DNA from: the human T2T-CHM13v2.0 reference genome, Homo sapiens
Length of the DNA stretch: 64,000 nucleotides
NCBI RefSeq assembly: GCF_009914755.1
Contig: NC_060939.1
Reading direction: 5' to 3' (one strand)
In this document: positions 39,948 through 61,989 of the stretch, piece by piece
Numbering within the stretch: position 1 is the stretch's first letter
Layout of the letters: each line of letters begins with the position of its first letter
Program-made: the position numbers and the translations under genes
Notes under the pieces: model-generated
What the model was told of the DNA's origin: nothing
The model's database searches: none
What the model saw: the letters and a program-made list of their open reading frames with translations, nothing else

Positions 39948-40003
39948 CTTAATTTGTAAATAGTTTCATTCTTGGTCAAGAGAGTAGGGTTGAAAAACAG
40001 TAC
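39948..40003 (-). other. NRG4: NRG4 5'UTR part of the ATG exon (exon 39938-40003), containing uORF MKLFTN*
   Basis: Acceptor gttttag|GTACTG. Confidence 0.85.
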
Positions 40004-40471
40004 CTAAAACGGTTTAAAAAGTAATAATTCAGGGAAAATAGTCTTCTTTTAAGGGCATTATAAAATGTCAAATATTCTAATAGCAATATTCTTAAATGTT
40101 GAAAATAAAATAATAAAGACATTTATATACTAGGGACAAATTTTAGTTACAGCATTTTTAGATACCTATTGCATTTCAGTAAAAAATATGAACAAAACTA
40201 AAAGATCAATAACGTACTTAATATAAATCATTGCCTAAATAATGTAATTTAATCTTAAATATCTCTCTGCAGAAAAGTCTAATAAGGCTTTTTTTCGTAA
40301 ACATTGTTAACATAGTAGAGTACTACATGGAATTTTACATGAACGATGAGACAGTAAGTAAAACTGAATGAACTGAACCTTTAAAACTTTTATAAAAGCA
40401 CTTTTAAGTTTACCATAGATTGCACATTACATTTACCAACCTATGCAAACCTTTCTTCTAAAAAATGTCCA

Positions 40472-40590
40472 GGGCTGATAGGTGCGGCAAACCACCATGG
40501 CACACATGTTATAAACACACTATGTAACAAACCTGCACGTCCTGCACATCTATCCCGGAACTTAAAATTAAATTTAAAAAAGAAAAAAAA
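40472..40590 (+). mobile_element. Short L1PA 3' tip
   Basis: ggtgcggcaaaccaccatggcac..ggaacttaaaa + A tail. Confidence 0.85.
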
Positions 40591-41035
40591 TGTTAACCCC
40601 ACACACACACAAAAATGTCTGGCATCTGGCAAAGCAATGTAGCTAATAAGACATTCTTACATATGAAGTTTCCTGCTATAACAGAAACAAAAGAATTCAA
40701 ACATATATTTGAAGAGGTGAAGCATTTATACTTACATTATGATTACAAGCTCCCAGTTCTGTTCTATAAAGAACACTTCTGACCTAAACAGAAAGACTCT
40801 AACAGAAATCTCAATCTACTAACACAGTTGTAATACCAAGGTCTTCTCTCAAAGCCAACAGCTCTTTCTTAGACAAGCAGAGAGGCAGAGAAAGCGAGCA
40901 AGCAATCGAGAGAAACACACACGAGCGAGAACAGGCAGGAAGGAGAACATTAAATCTATTTGATTTTTAAAAAGCACTGACTCATACTGTTTCTTTTTTC
41001 CAAACAAACAGGACTTACCCTCAATAAAAACTTAC

Positions 41036-41120
41036 ATTCACACAAAAAATAAATTTTGTTGGACATGCAGTGTTTCAAAAGTTTTTGAATACCGCAGACA
41101 ACAGCAGCTGTGACTTGCAT
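41036..41120 (-). other. NRG4: Probable NRG4 non-coding first exon (5' end uncertain)
   Basis: GTAAGT donors at 41030-41035 and 41013-41018, about 1 kb upstream of the ATG exon, next to TATA-like motifs. Confidence 0.65.
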
Positions 41121-41260
41121 TTTATAACATGTCAAAAATCTGATTTATATGGCTGCAGTGTGCAGTGTGGGCGAGGTCACGCCAGACCAAGGTGTGCACA
41201 GAGGTCAGGCACTGGCCACGGGAGCCACCCCTTCAATTTACGTGTTCAGAGTTGCAAATG
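41120..41260 (-). promoter_or_regulatory. NRG4: Candidate NRG4 proximal promoter
   Basis: Minus-strand TATAAAA (41120-41126) and TATAAAT (41143-41149), local GC rise, AGGTCA half-sites at 41174 and 41202. Confidence 0.45.
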
Positions 41261-41950
41261 GAGCAGAATTTTATTTAGAAAAGGAGTTGAACTAAGCTGC
41301 ACTTCCAAATTACTGTCCACGTTTTAAAGGTAAAAACCAAACCACATTCCTTAGACTCCTTACTTATCTTTGCTTGTCTGAATAATTCAAGACGTAGTGT
41401 AAGTTTGGGAGAAAAGAAATTTTAATGTGGAGCTAATAGATAAGTGTTTCACAAATTAAAAAAACATTTTTTTAAATTTATGTTTTATGAGGTTTGTGTT
41501 ACCTTACAAGCCAGATAAAATTTATATAAATAATGACCTGAAGAACTTATAAAGCTAAAAGAAGGTAATAGCTATAATAAAACTTGTAACACCAAGTTCA
41601 ATTTGAAATGAATAAAATCACTGAACTTGACTAATACCAATGACAGTGTAATGCCTGAATGCTATGGCAAAGTTGTTAAATATACAGTGAGGAAAGTTAA
41701 GTTTTAAAAATCATAAACAATTTTAAAATATTGACTAAAACTGTAATTTTGTTTAAATGAATATAGAGTTCTTCATCATATAATTATCTAAAATATGCCA
41801 AACATTTAGATGGTTATCTTTTCTAAAACGACAATTCAGACATTATTACTTGACTGATGTAAAGCCCAAACTAATAAGTTTGTTTTGTTGTTTTAAGAAA
41901 ATATTAAAATAAACTCAAAATCAAATACTCTAAAAACAATCTGTTCATTA

Positions 41951-42056
41951 GGAGAATGGTGTGAACCCGGGAGGCGGAGCTTGCAGTGAGCTGAGATTGC
42001 ACCACTGCACTCCAGCCTGGGCAACAGAGTGAGACTCCGTCTCAAAAAAAAAAAAA
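41951..42056 (+). mobile_element. 5'-truncated AluY (right-arm end only)
   Basis: ggagaatggtgtgaacccgggaggcggagcttgcag; TSD tgttcatta at 41942 and 42057. Confidence 0.9.
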
Positions 42057-42071
42057 TGTTCATTATTACAT

Positions 42072-48524
<6,453 letters not shown>

Positions 48525-48584
48525 CATTATTACATATTATCTCCCACATTCAAAGGCAATTTTTACATAGCTATAACCATTATA

Positions 48585-50246
48585 CAGACATATCTCATTT
48601 TATGCATTTTATTGCACTTTGCAGATATTGTTTTTACTAAAGGCTTGTGGCAACCCTGTGTCTGTTGGTGCCATTTTTCCAACAGCCTGTGCTCACTTCA
48701 CGTTTCTGTGTCACATTTTGGTAATCCTTGCAATATTTCGAACTTTTTCATTATTATTCTATCGGTTATGGTGATCTGTGATCAGTGATCTTTGATGTTA
48801 CTATTGTAATTGTTTTGGGGCACCATGAACCATGACTGTGTAAGATAGAGAACTTAATCGATAAATCTGCATATTCTGAATGCTCCATTGACCGACCGTT
48901 CCCCTATCTCCTCTGGCCTCTCTATTCCCTGAGACACAACAATATTGAAATTAGCCCAATTGATAACCCTACAATGGCCCCTAAGTGTTCAAGTAAAAGG
49001 GAGAGCTGCATCTTTCTCACTTTAAAGCAAAAGCTAAAATGATTAAGTTTAGTGAGGAAGGCATGCAGAAAGGTAAGATAGGCCTCTTGCACTGTTAAAG
49101 GAAATTAAAAGTGCTATTCAGTGAACACACAAATGATAAAATGAAACAGCCTTATTGCTTTTATGGAGAAAGTTTTAGTGATCTGGATAGAAGGTCAAAC
49201 CAGCCACCACTTCCTCTAAGCCAGGGATGTCCAATCTTTTGACTTCCCTGGGCCACAGTGGAAAAATAATTGTCTTGGGCCACACATAAAATACACTAAC
49301 ACTAACAATAGCTGATGAGAAAAAAAAATCACAAAAAAATCTTATAATGTTTTAAGAAGTTTATGAATTTGTGTTGTGTGGCATTCAAAGCCATTCTGGG
49401 CTGCATGCGGCCCACGCGCCAGGGTTGGACAAGCTTGCTGTAAGCCAAAGCCTAATCCAGAGCAAGGCCCTAATTCTTATAAATTCTATGAAGGCCGAGA
49501 GAGGTAAAGAAGCAGCAGAAGAAAAGTTTGAAGCTAGCAGAGGTTGGTTCATGAGGTTTAAGGAAAGAAACCATCTCCATAACATAAAAGTGCAAGGTAA
49601 AGCAACAAGCGCTAATGTAGAAGCTGCAGCAAATTATCCAGAAAATCTATCTAAGATCATTGAAGATGGTTACACTAAACAGATTTTCACTGTAGAACAA
49701 CCTTCTAGTAGAAGATACCATCTTGAACTTTTATAGCTAAAGAGAAGTCAATGTCTGGCTTCTAAGCTTCGAAGGACAGGTTGACTTCTTGTTATAGGCT
49801 AATATAGCTTGTGACTTTAAGCTGAAGCCAACACTCATCCATCATTCTGAAAATCCTAGGGCCCTTAAGAATTATGCTAAATCTACTCTGCCTGTGCTGT
49901 ATAAACAGAACAACAAAGCCTTGATGACAGCACATCTGTTTACAGCATGGTTGACTAAATATCTTAAGTCCACTGTTGAGGCAAGACCCTCCCCCAGCAA
50001 AAACATTACAACTCACTGAGGGCTCAGATGTTTGTCAGCATTTTTTAACAATAAAGTATTTTTAAATTAAGGGATATACATTATTTTTTAGACATAATGC
50101 TACTGCATACCTAATAGGCTATAGTATAAACATACCTTTTATATGCATTGGGAAACCAAAAAATTTGTGTGACTCACTTTATTGTGATATTTGCTTTATT
50201 GCAGCAGTCTGAAACCAAAACCTGCAATATCTCAGAGGTGTGCTTG
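48585..50246 (+). mobile_element. Tigger1, internally deleted
   Basis: TA-flanked ends; transposase fragment [29 protein letters not shown]. Confidence 0.92.
49222..49437. mobile_element. MER30 nested in Tigger1
   Basis: cagggatgtccaatctttt...ttggacaagcttg; 8-bp TSD ct(c/g)taagc. Confidence 0.9.
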
Positions 50247-50560
50247 TACACATACACACACACTAAACCATTTTAGTGTATGGTGTTTGAATTTCAAAAT
50301 GTTTTCATGAAACAAAATCAGTATCTTTTATTATTTTATTTGAACCTTGAAGCCATGATGCTGTCTACTATTATGAAAATGACTACTAAACTGTATATGG
50401 GAGATAATCTGTGACTTCATGACATTTGAGATGTATTTATTAAGAGACATATTGTGATGATTTTGTGTTATTTTTTGCACCATGCAAATAAGCAACCTTT
50501 AGGACCATGTGATTCCAAAGTAGAAAACCTATAGATTTTCAAGCTAACTTTTCACTAAGT

Positions 50561-50891
50561 CAGTGGTCCCCAGTCTTTTTGGCACCAGGGACCGGTTTCA
50601 TGGAAGACAATTTTTCCATGGACTGGGGTGGCGGATGGTTTCAGGTTGAAATTATTCTACCTCAGGTCATCTGGCATTAGATTCCCATAAAGAGCACGCA
50701 ATCTGGATCCCTCACATGTGCAGTTCACAATAGGGTCCATGCTCTATGAGAATCTAATGCGACCGCTGATTTGATAGGAGGCGGAGCACAGGCCATGAGG
50801 CTTGCTTGCCTGCTGCTCACCTGCTGTGTGGCCTGGTTCCTAATAGGCCACAGTCTGGTACTGGTCTGTGGCCCGGGTGTGGGGACCCCTG
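50561..50891. mobile_element. MER1B
   Basis: ggcaccagggaccggtttcatggaagacaatttttcc...ggggacccctg. Confidence 0.9.
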
Positions 50892-51137
50892 CTCTAAATG
50901 AAAGCCTTGATCTTTAAGAACTATTTTTCCATCCACGTATCAATAAACGTGTACTAAGTGGCCTGCCATCCTTTTAAAAAAAAGAGGACAGTCTCTTGCT
51001 GGATGAGGAATGCCAGACACAAAAACAAGCACAAAAATGTTTTAGGCTGATTCATATAAAGCATATTTTGACTTATACAAATGACAGTTTCATGTGATTA
51101 AACCTAATATTTTCACAGACACATATGTATGTCAATA

Positions 51138-51142
<5 letters not shown>

Positions 51143-51175
<33 letters not shown>
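51143..51175. repeat. (CA)n microsatellite, ~16 units
   Basis: Read directly. Confidence 0.98.
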
Positions 51176-51177
<2 letters not shown>

Positions 51178-51848
51178 GCTTAACTGTTATGGAGAATCAG
51201 AAAAAGATTCCAAGAGGTAGAATGAATAAGAGTTTGTAAACAGAGATGAATGAGCATTTCAGACAGAGGTAACAGCATGTCTAAAGGTATAAAAGAAGGA
51301 AGATCTAATGTATTCAAATAATTGCAGGTGGATCACAAGCCAGGAAATGTGCAGTGGTGAGTGTGGAGTGTGTATGTTTGTAGGAGGGCGGGATGGTGGG
51401 GAAAAGAATGGCAAGAATAGATAGTATAAAACATGCTGGATCCAGATTGTAGACTTTATCTTAAAGGCAATGGGAAGCTTTGAAAGCTTTTTAGCAAGGG
51501 AGTGACATGATTACATCAACATTTTAGAAAATTCATTCTGATGGCAGTGTGGGAAACAAATTGGAATCTGCTGAGGAAATGGTATCAGAGAAAGCAGTTT
51601 GGAGGCTGTTTTAATAATAGTGAAGAAATAAAGCACAGGAATTAGGACAAAGAGAAAGATAATTAAAGACATACTTAGGAGGTACACCCACAGTATAGCT
51701 GAGCAGGGTAAGAAAAAAATCAAGAACAACTTTCAAATGTTGCTAAAATTAAATAACTAAAGGAATAGCTATTAGGGAAATGCATATTAAAACCACAATG
51801 AGGTGATGTCAGCAAGATAGCTCACTAGAGACACCTGGCACCCATACT

Positions 51849-51849
<1 letters not shown>

Positions 51850-51899
<50 letters not shown>
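51850..51899. repeat. (CA)n microsatellite, ~25 units
   Basis: Read directly. Confidence 0.98.
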
Positions 51900-51900
<1 letters not shown>

Positions 51901-53872
51901 GCAAGGACCAAGGCAATGAATAAAGAGCTAAGATTTCACTGGAGTGTTGCCCAGAGAGTGCTGGAGTGCAGTAGGGGAGTGGGGAGGTACCTATAGTGAT
52001 TGGAAGCCCAGAAGGTACCTACAGTGATTGGAAGCAACGGAGAGTCATCTAGCCTCTGTGGCACTGTCTGCCATGCCTGGATCAGATTGATTTGGAGACA
52101 GGAGAGACTTTCCCTTTCAGGAAAATGGTAAGCAGAAGAATCTCATCAGCTCCTATTGCCACTGCAAATGCCCACAGTCCTTACTACAGGTGAATCCCAC
52201 AGTCATCCCCAGCCCCAAGTCCAGTTTGGAGAGCTGCTGGGAATTTATGCAACTACACTGCTCTGGATTATGAACACAAGGTGTGCACTCCCCAACCCCC
52301 ACCTATCCTGTGAGCCACACTGCTGCAGCACAGTGCCATCTTGAAATTAGAGCCACCTCTGGAATGCATCCTACTCTGGGACCAGTAGCCATTGCTCCCC
52401 TCCAGCACTGGGGTTTCATCTTCATTCCACCCAGCCCACAGATGGCTGATGCCATAACCCCAGCTGTGCAGAGCCTGGGTCCAGGATGGGTTGCAAATCT
52501 GGTCCTACACAGCAGGGAAACCAATTCCCACTGCCTGCACTTCCAGTGGAGGAATAGTCTAGCAGTCCTACCCAGGGTGAACCCGCTGCTGAGCCAGCTA
52601 AACTGCTGCACACTCTCCCCTAAGCTAAGCATGAAAGGACTCGGGGCTACCAAGTAGCTGACAAGCAACTCTTTGGGCTGTCCCCCAAACAGGTAGAGCA
52701 GCTACAAGCCTAGGACCTGAGAGATAGCCCTGCAGCACCCACCTCTCCTGCTGAGACACCTCTGGCTTGCCCAAAGGCCCCATGCCTGCAATCAGAGCCT
52801 GAGAAACAGATTCATGGGCTACTCCTAGCTCACCTGCCCCTAGGCCTCCAAGCTGCCAACATGTAAGTCTTGGGCCTAAGAAACAGCCCTGCAGGCTGCC
52901 CCTGGCTAGCATGCCCCCAGGCTGACTGAGTAGCTGTATGTCCACTTCCTAGGCCTGAGAAATAGCCCTGGGGGCTGCACCTGGCAGACACACTCCCAGA
53001 CTGAGTGGCTGTGTACCCAAGTCCTGGCCACATCTACCAGACATGCACCCAGGCCACCCAAGAAGCCACCCACGTCCTAGGCCAGAGAAACAACTCCAGG
53101 AGCAAACTTGAACAGACACACACCCAGGACAGCTTAGAAGCCATGCATCTGCATCCCAGGCCTGAGAAACAGCCACCCGGGATACCCCTGACAGACATGC
53201 CCTCAGGCCAGCTGAACAGCTGTGCACCCATGCCTTAGGTCTAAGAAATAGCCTTGTAAGCCACCCCTGGCAGGCATAACCTCAGACTGGCTGAGCAACC
53301 AGGTGCCTGTGCCACCAGCCAGAGTAACAACTCCAAGGCCCCAACCCCAGCAAGACTTCAAGTTGGCTGACTCACTGTGCATACTCGCACCTTGATCTGA
53401 GAAAAAGCTTCGCTCTCAGCAAAGCCACACCACCACTGCCAAACTCTCTCATCTTAGATTCCTGAGACACTCATAAATGTTAGTAGTGCAGATTACAGCT
53501 GAAGAAACTACATGGAGACTATACTACATGATAATCTAGACCCAAAACCAAGGCACCCCACCAAACTGACACCCCAAGACCCATCTATATGTATAAGTCT
53601 TTCCATATGAAGCCTACTTCAGAAAATTGGAGGGGGCAATTGTTCCACCAAATGCATAGAAATTAATGTAAGCAAAAACAAACAAAAAACAACAAACAAC
53701 AACAACAAAAACATAGGCAGAAAAAGCAGGCAAACAGGACACCTTCAGAAGAACACAGTAATTCTCCAGTAAGATTCCAATCATAAGGAACTATATGAAA
53801 TACCAGAAAAAGAATTCAAAATAGTACGCTTAAGGAAACTCAGTGAGATATAAGAGAATATAGATAGACAGG

Positions 53873-54219
<347 letters not shown>

Positions 54220-54307
54220 TCAATAAAGAAATAGATATCATAAAAAAGAATCAAACAGAAATCCTGAAGCTGAAGGATTCAATTAATGAAATAAAAAATA
54301 CAATTGA

Positions 54308-54609
<302 letters not shown>

Positions 54610-55555
54610 TGCAAGTGAGAGCATCAGTAAACAGACTAGATCAGCCAGAAGAAGGAATTTCTGAATGTGAAGACAGGTCTTTTGAAGTAACACAGGCAGC
54701 CCCCGACTACACACCCAAAAAAAGGCCTCCAAGATATATGAGACATCATTAAGTGAAAAAATATTTGCATTATGGGCATTCCAGAAGAAGAAAAGAAGGG
54801 GAAAAAAGCTAGTATTTCATTAAATATGCAGAAAAAATATTTAATGAAATAACAGCTGAAGACTTTACAAGTTTTGGGAGAGAGACAGATATCCAATTCC
54901 AGAAAGTTCAAATAATCCCACACAGATTCAACCTAAACAAGTCCTCTTCAATGCACATTACAGTCAAATTATCAAAAGTCAAAGACAAAGAATTCTAAAA
55001 CTGCAAGAGAAAAGAATTAAGTCACATATGAGGGAATTCCCATTAGTTTGAGTGGATTTCTCAGCAGAAACCTTACAGGCCAGGAGAAAATAGGATATAA
55101 TCAAAGTACTGAAAGAAAAAAACTATCAGCAAAGAGTATTATACCCAGCAAAGATATCCTTCAGGAATAAAGGAGAAATAAAATCTTTGCTTTCAGCCAA
55201 GCAAGAACTAAGGGAATTCATCACCACTAGACTGGCTATATAAGAAATGCTCAAGGGAATCTTACATATGGAAGGGAAAAGACAATTACTACACTCATAA
55301 AAACATGAAACTATTCAACTCACTGGTAGAACTGATATACAAAGGAGAAAGAGAAAGGATTCAAACCATTTCATTACAGAAAACCAACCAATTGCAAAAA
55401 TAAATAAAAGAGAAACAAAGGATACACAAAACTACCAGAAAACAAACATAAAAACAGAAGGAGGTCCTCATCAATAATAACCTTGCATGCCAATGGATTA
55501 AATACTCCATTTAAAAGATATAGATTGGCCGAAAGGATAAAAAATAAAAACAAGA

Positions 55556-55865
55556 GGCCAGGTGTGGTGGCTCACGCCTGTAATCCCAGCACTTTGTGAG
55601 GCCAAGGTGGGTGGATCATGAGGTCAGGAGATTGAGACCATCCTGGCTAACATGGTGAAACCCCATCTCTACTAAAAACACAAAAAAATAGTGGGGCATG
55701 GTGGCGGGTGCCTGTAGTCCTAGCTACTCAGGAGCTGAGGCAGGAGAATGGTATGAGCCCGGGAGGCAGAGCTTGCAGTGAGCTGAGATTGTGCCACTGT
55801 ACTCCAGCCTGAGGGACAGAGCGGGACTCCATCTCAAAAATAAAATAAAATAAAATAAAATAAAA
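55556..55865 (+). mobile_element. AluY-like
   Basis: accatcctggctaac, gagaatgg, gagcttgcag; TSD aaaaacaaga. Confidence 0.9.
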
Positions 55866-56018
55866 ACAAGAACCAACTATATACTGCCTATAAGAAACTC
55901 CCTTTATCCATAAAGACTCACATAGACTGAAAGTGAAGGGATGGAAAAAGACATTCCATAAACAAAAACCAAAAACAAGCAGGAATATCTATATTAGACA
56001 AAACAGATTTCAAGTCAA

Positions 56019-56266
56019 AAGCTGTACAAAGAGAAAAAGAAAGACATTATATAATCATCAATGGATCCATTCAGCAAGAGAATATAACAGTCGTAAATAT
56101 ATATATGCACCCAGCACCAAAGCACCTAGATATATAAAGCAAGCTGTACAAAGAGAAAAAGGAAACATATAATCCTCAATGGATCCATTCAGCAAGAGAA
56201 TATAACAGTCAAATATATATATATATATATATGCACCAAGCACCAGAGCACCCAGATATATAAAGC
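56019..56266 (+). repeat. ~122-bp tandem duplication within L1 ORF2
   Basis: aagctgtacaaagagaaaaag...agatatataaagc at 56019 and 56141. Confidence 0.92.
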
Positions 56267-57332
56267 AAATATTATTAGATTTAAGGGAGAGACAGACTTC
56301 AATACAATAATAGTTGGGGACATCAACACCCACTCTCAGCATTAAACAGGTCATCTAGCCAGAAAATCAACAAAGACACACTGGATTTAAACTGCACCAT
56401 AGGCTAAACGGACATAATTTTCAGAACGTTTCACCCAACAACTGATTTTTTTCATCAGCACATGGAACATTCTCCAAAACTGACAACATATTAGGACACA
56501 AAACAAGTCTCAAATTTTTAAAAAAATTGAAATATCAAGTAACTTATTTTACCACAATGGATAAAACTTCAAATCAATAAGAGAAACATTCAAAACTATA
56601 CAAATACATGGAAATTAAACACCACCCTGCTGAACGACCAGTGGATTAAAAAAGAAAATAAGGAAATCAGAAAGTCCCATGAGACAAATGTAAATAGAAA
56701 CACAACATACTAAAACCTATGGGACACAGCAAAAGCAGTATTAAGGGGCAAGTTTATAGTAATAAATGTCTACACAAAAAACTAGAAAGATTTCAAATAA
56801 ACAATTTAATGATGCATCTCAAGGAACTAAAAAAATAAGAAAAAAATCAAACTCAAAATTAGTAGAAGAAATAAAGATCAGAGCAGAAATAAATAAAATT
56901 GAGAGAAAAAATACAAAAGACCAATGAAATGAAAATTGGTTATTTGAAAAGATAAACAAAATTGACAAATCAGTAGCTAAACTAAGAAAAAAGAAAACCC
57001 AAATTAAAAAAAATCAGAAATGAAAAATGAGACATCAAAACAGATACCACAGAAATACAAAGGATCATGAACAACTACATGCCAATAAATTTGAAAACCT
57101 AGAGGAAATAGATGAGGTCTTGGATATATACAACCTACCAAGATGGAACCAAGAAGAAATGGAAAACCTAAACAGACCAATAACAAGTAATAAAAGTAAA
57201 GCAGTAATAAAACAGTCTCCTGACAGAAAAATCTAGAACCAGATGACTTCACCATTGAACTGTAATGAACCTTTAAAGAAGAATTAAAAGTAATTCTTCT
57301 CAAACTGTTTAAAAAAAAAAAAAAGTGATTCC

Positions 57333-57656
<324 letters not shown>

Positions 57657-58692
57657 TCATAACTGTGATATCCCACATAACTGTGATAGCAAAACCAGAC
57701 AAGAACACAACAGAAAGAGAAACTACAGGATAAATCCTCCAATGAACATAGATGTAAAATTCCTCAACAAAATACTAGCAAGCCAAATCCAAAATACATA
57801 AAAAAGATAATACACCTGATCAAGTGGGATTTATGTCAGGAATGCAAGTATGGTTCAACATATGCAAATCAATCAATATGATACATTATAATCAACAGAA
57901 TGAAGGAGAAAAACCATACGATCATGTCAACAGGTGCAGAAAAGAGCATTTGATAAAATTCAACATCCCTTCATAATTAAAAACTCTCATGAAATTAGGT
58001 ATAGAAGGAAAATACCTTAACAAAATAAAGGCCATATATAATAAACCCACAGCTAACATCATACCAGATGGACTGGAAGAAGACAAAGATGCCCACTCTC
58101 ACCACTGTTATTCAACATAGTACTGGAAGTGCTATCTATGTACAGCAATTAGACAAGAGAAAGAAATAAAGGGCATCCAAATTAGAAAGGAGGAAATCAA
58201 ACTGTTCCTGTTTGCAGATGACATGATCTTCTATATAGGAAAACCTAAAGACTCTACCAAAAAACTCTTAAAACTAATAAATGAATTCAGTAAAGTTGCA
58301 GAATACAAACATCGACATATAAACATCAGCAGTATTTCTGTACATGGATGATTAACTAAACTGAAAAAGGAATCAAGACAATTCCATTTACAATAACTAC
58401 AAAAACATAAAATACCTAGGAATAAATTTAACCAAAGAAGTAAAGGATCCCTACAATGAAAACTATAAAATGCTGATGAAATAAATTGAAGAGGACACAA
58501 ACAAATGGGAAGATATGCTCATGGATCAGAAGGTTTAACATTGTTTAAAATAATCATACTACCCAAGGAAACCTACAGATTCAATGCAATCCCTATCAAA
58601 ATACCAATTACATTCTTCACATAAATAGCAAAAGAAATCCTAAAAGACTCAAAACAGATAAAGCAATCCTGAGCAAAAAGAACAAAGCTGCA

Positions 58693-59010
<318 letters not shown>

Positions 59011-59449
59011 AAAACAAAGCTGCAGCCATCATGCTACAACTTCAAAATATACTACAAAACTGTAGTAACCAAAACAGCATGGTTCTGGCATAAAAACAGA
59101 CACATAGACCAATGGAACAGAATACAGAACCCAGAATTAAAGAACCTATGCTTCTACAGCCACCTGATTTTTCACAAAGGCATCAAGGACTCTCATTGGG
59201 GAAAGGACAATCTCTCCAATAAATAGTGCTGGGAAAACTAGATAGCAATATGCAGAAGGATGAAACTAGTCCCCCACCCTCTAACCTTATAAAAAAAGCA
59301 ACTCAAAATGGATTAACAATCTAAATGAAAAACCTCAATCTATGAAACTACTGCAAGGCAACATAGGGGAAAGACTTTAGGACACTGGTCTGGGAAAAGA
59401 TTTTATGAATAACACCTCAAAGGCACAGTAACAAAGCAAAAATAAACAA

Positions 59450-60650
<1,201 letters not shown>

Positions 60651-61989
60651 GGTGAAAGAAAATGAGCATATGTATGGCATACATTACTCAAGAAAAGCCA
60701 GCACACAGGGTAAACAAGAAGTAGAGAGGAGAATTACCCACTAATAAGACTTTATATGCTAGGCACAGAGCCACCATGCTAATAATACATTCTTAAAAAT
60801 AAGAGTAATTTAAATCAAGAAAAAGCTCAAGCTTTAAGGTTTGTTTCAAACCACTTCAATAGAGTGTTCAAATATCAGTAGAAATAGACCAAAAAGATTT
60901 TCCAGTCAATTGGTTGAAAATACCCTTATCATACATTTAAGAATCACCTTAGATGCTGACTTTGCAAGTCTTACAATATTGTTAGTTTTTGTGAGGCCTG
61001 ACTCAGGGTACATCAGAAAAGAATGGCAAAATATTGTGTACAAAGCCACCAAGAAAACCACAGTAGAGACCATTAGATCTCAATACCCCCCAAATCATGT
61101 CTTAGGCATTTAATAAATAACAGAATATTCAGTGTCAGGACCTTTCCGATTATTTTTAAAAGCTTTTGGTTTTAGAATTTAGCATAAACAAAATGAAAAA
61201 ACTTCAGACTACTTTTCTAGGAAAATTATTTTGATCACAACTTGTCAGTATGTGAATAAATAACAAACATAAAATCTTAAAAACTTTCTTTGAAGGCCAA
61301 ATATAATTTTTCTATAAACTACATCCACAGAAAAATATCTATTCTTCTTTGCCACATATTTTCCTTTGGTTGTTGTTTAAGCATCTCCTTGTGATATAAA
61401 AAGCTGGCACAAATGGCTATTACCATGAATTAATTTTTAGAAAGGCAAAAATAGAAAAGTAAAATCTTAAACCTCATATGATTGAGTCAACAATTGGAAC
61501 AAAAAATTTTCTGAAATGATGAACAAAAACATTTAAAAGGACAACTGAAAGTAAAAGTAGATGTTCTGATATAAGGCAGTTAGAGTAAAATATCACTTTG
61601 GAAGTAATAAACATTTCCCAGCAGTCAGTGATGCAGAACTAAAATACTATCTTATTCAAAAGCCATGACTATATTGAACCTATCATACTGGACTCAGCAA
61701 TTTCTTTCTGAAGACTTTTATTTGGTTGTAAAAGTTTGTAGCATTTCTTACTACATGGGAAACCAATTTTCAGAAGATATTCCCTAATTATATTAAAGTG
61801 CAAGTCTTAGCTATGCTGACATTCTACTCCTAAAAGTAAAATGTAAACTGGGCTATGTATCAAGAAGATGTCTGTCAATAGTAACACCTCAAAAATGCAA
61901 TTTTACATGTGAATTGAATCAGCCTACTGTAAAAGTTTTTTTGTTTTGTTTTGTTTTAGTTTGTTTGTTTTTCCCCAAAAGCTTTTCCC

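Noticed and set aside
41174-41188. GGTCAcgccAGACC as an estrogen response element
   Set aside because: Spacer is 4 nt rather than 3 and the second half-site is mismatched
49371-49736. 121-aa ORF with CENP-B/transposase similarity as a domesticated gene
   Set aside because: Chance MER30-Tigger1 chimera; the rest of the transposase is frameshifted and deleted
52600-53400. Regularly recurring motif resembling a CRISPR-like array
   Set aside because: Eukaryotic context, and whole units repeat without unique spacers; it is an L1 5'UTR tandem repeat
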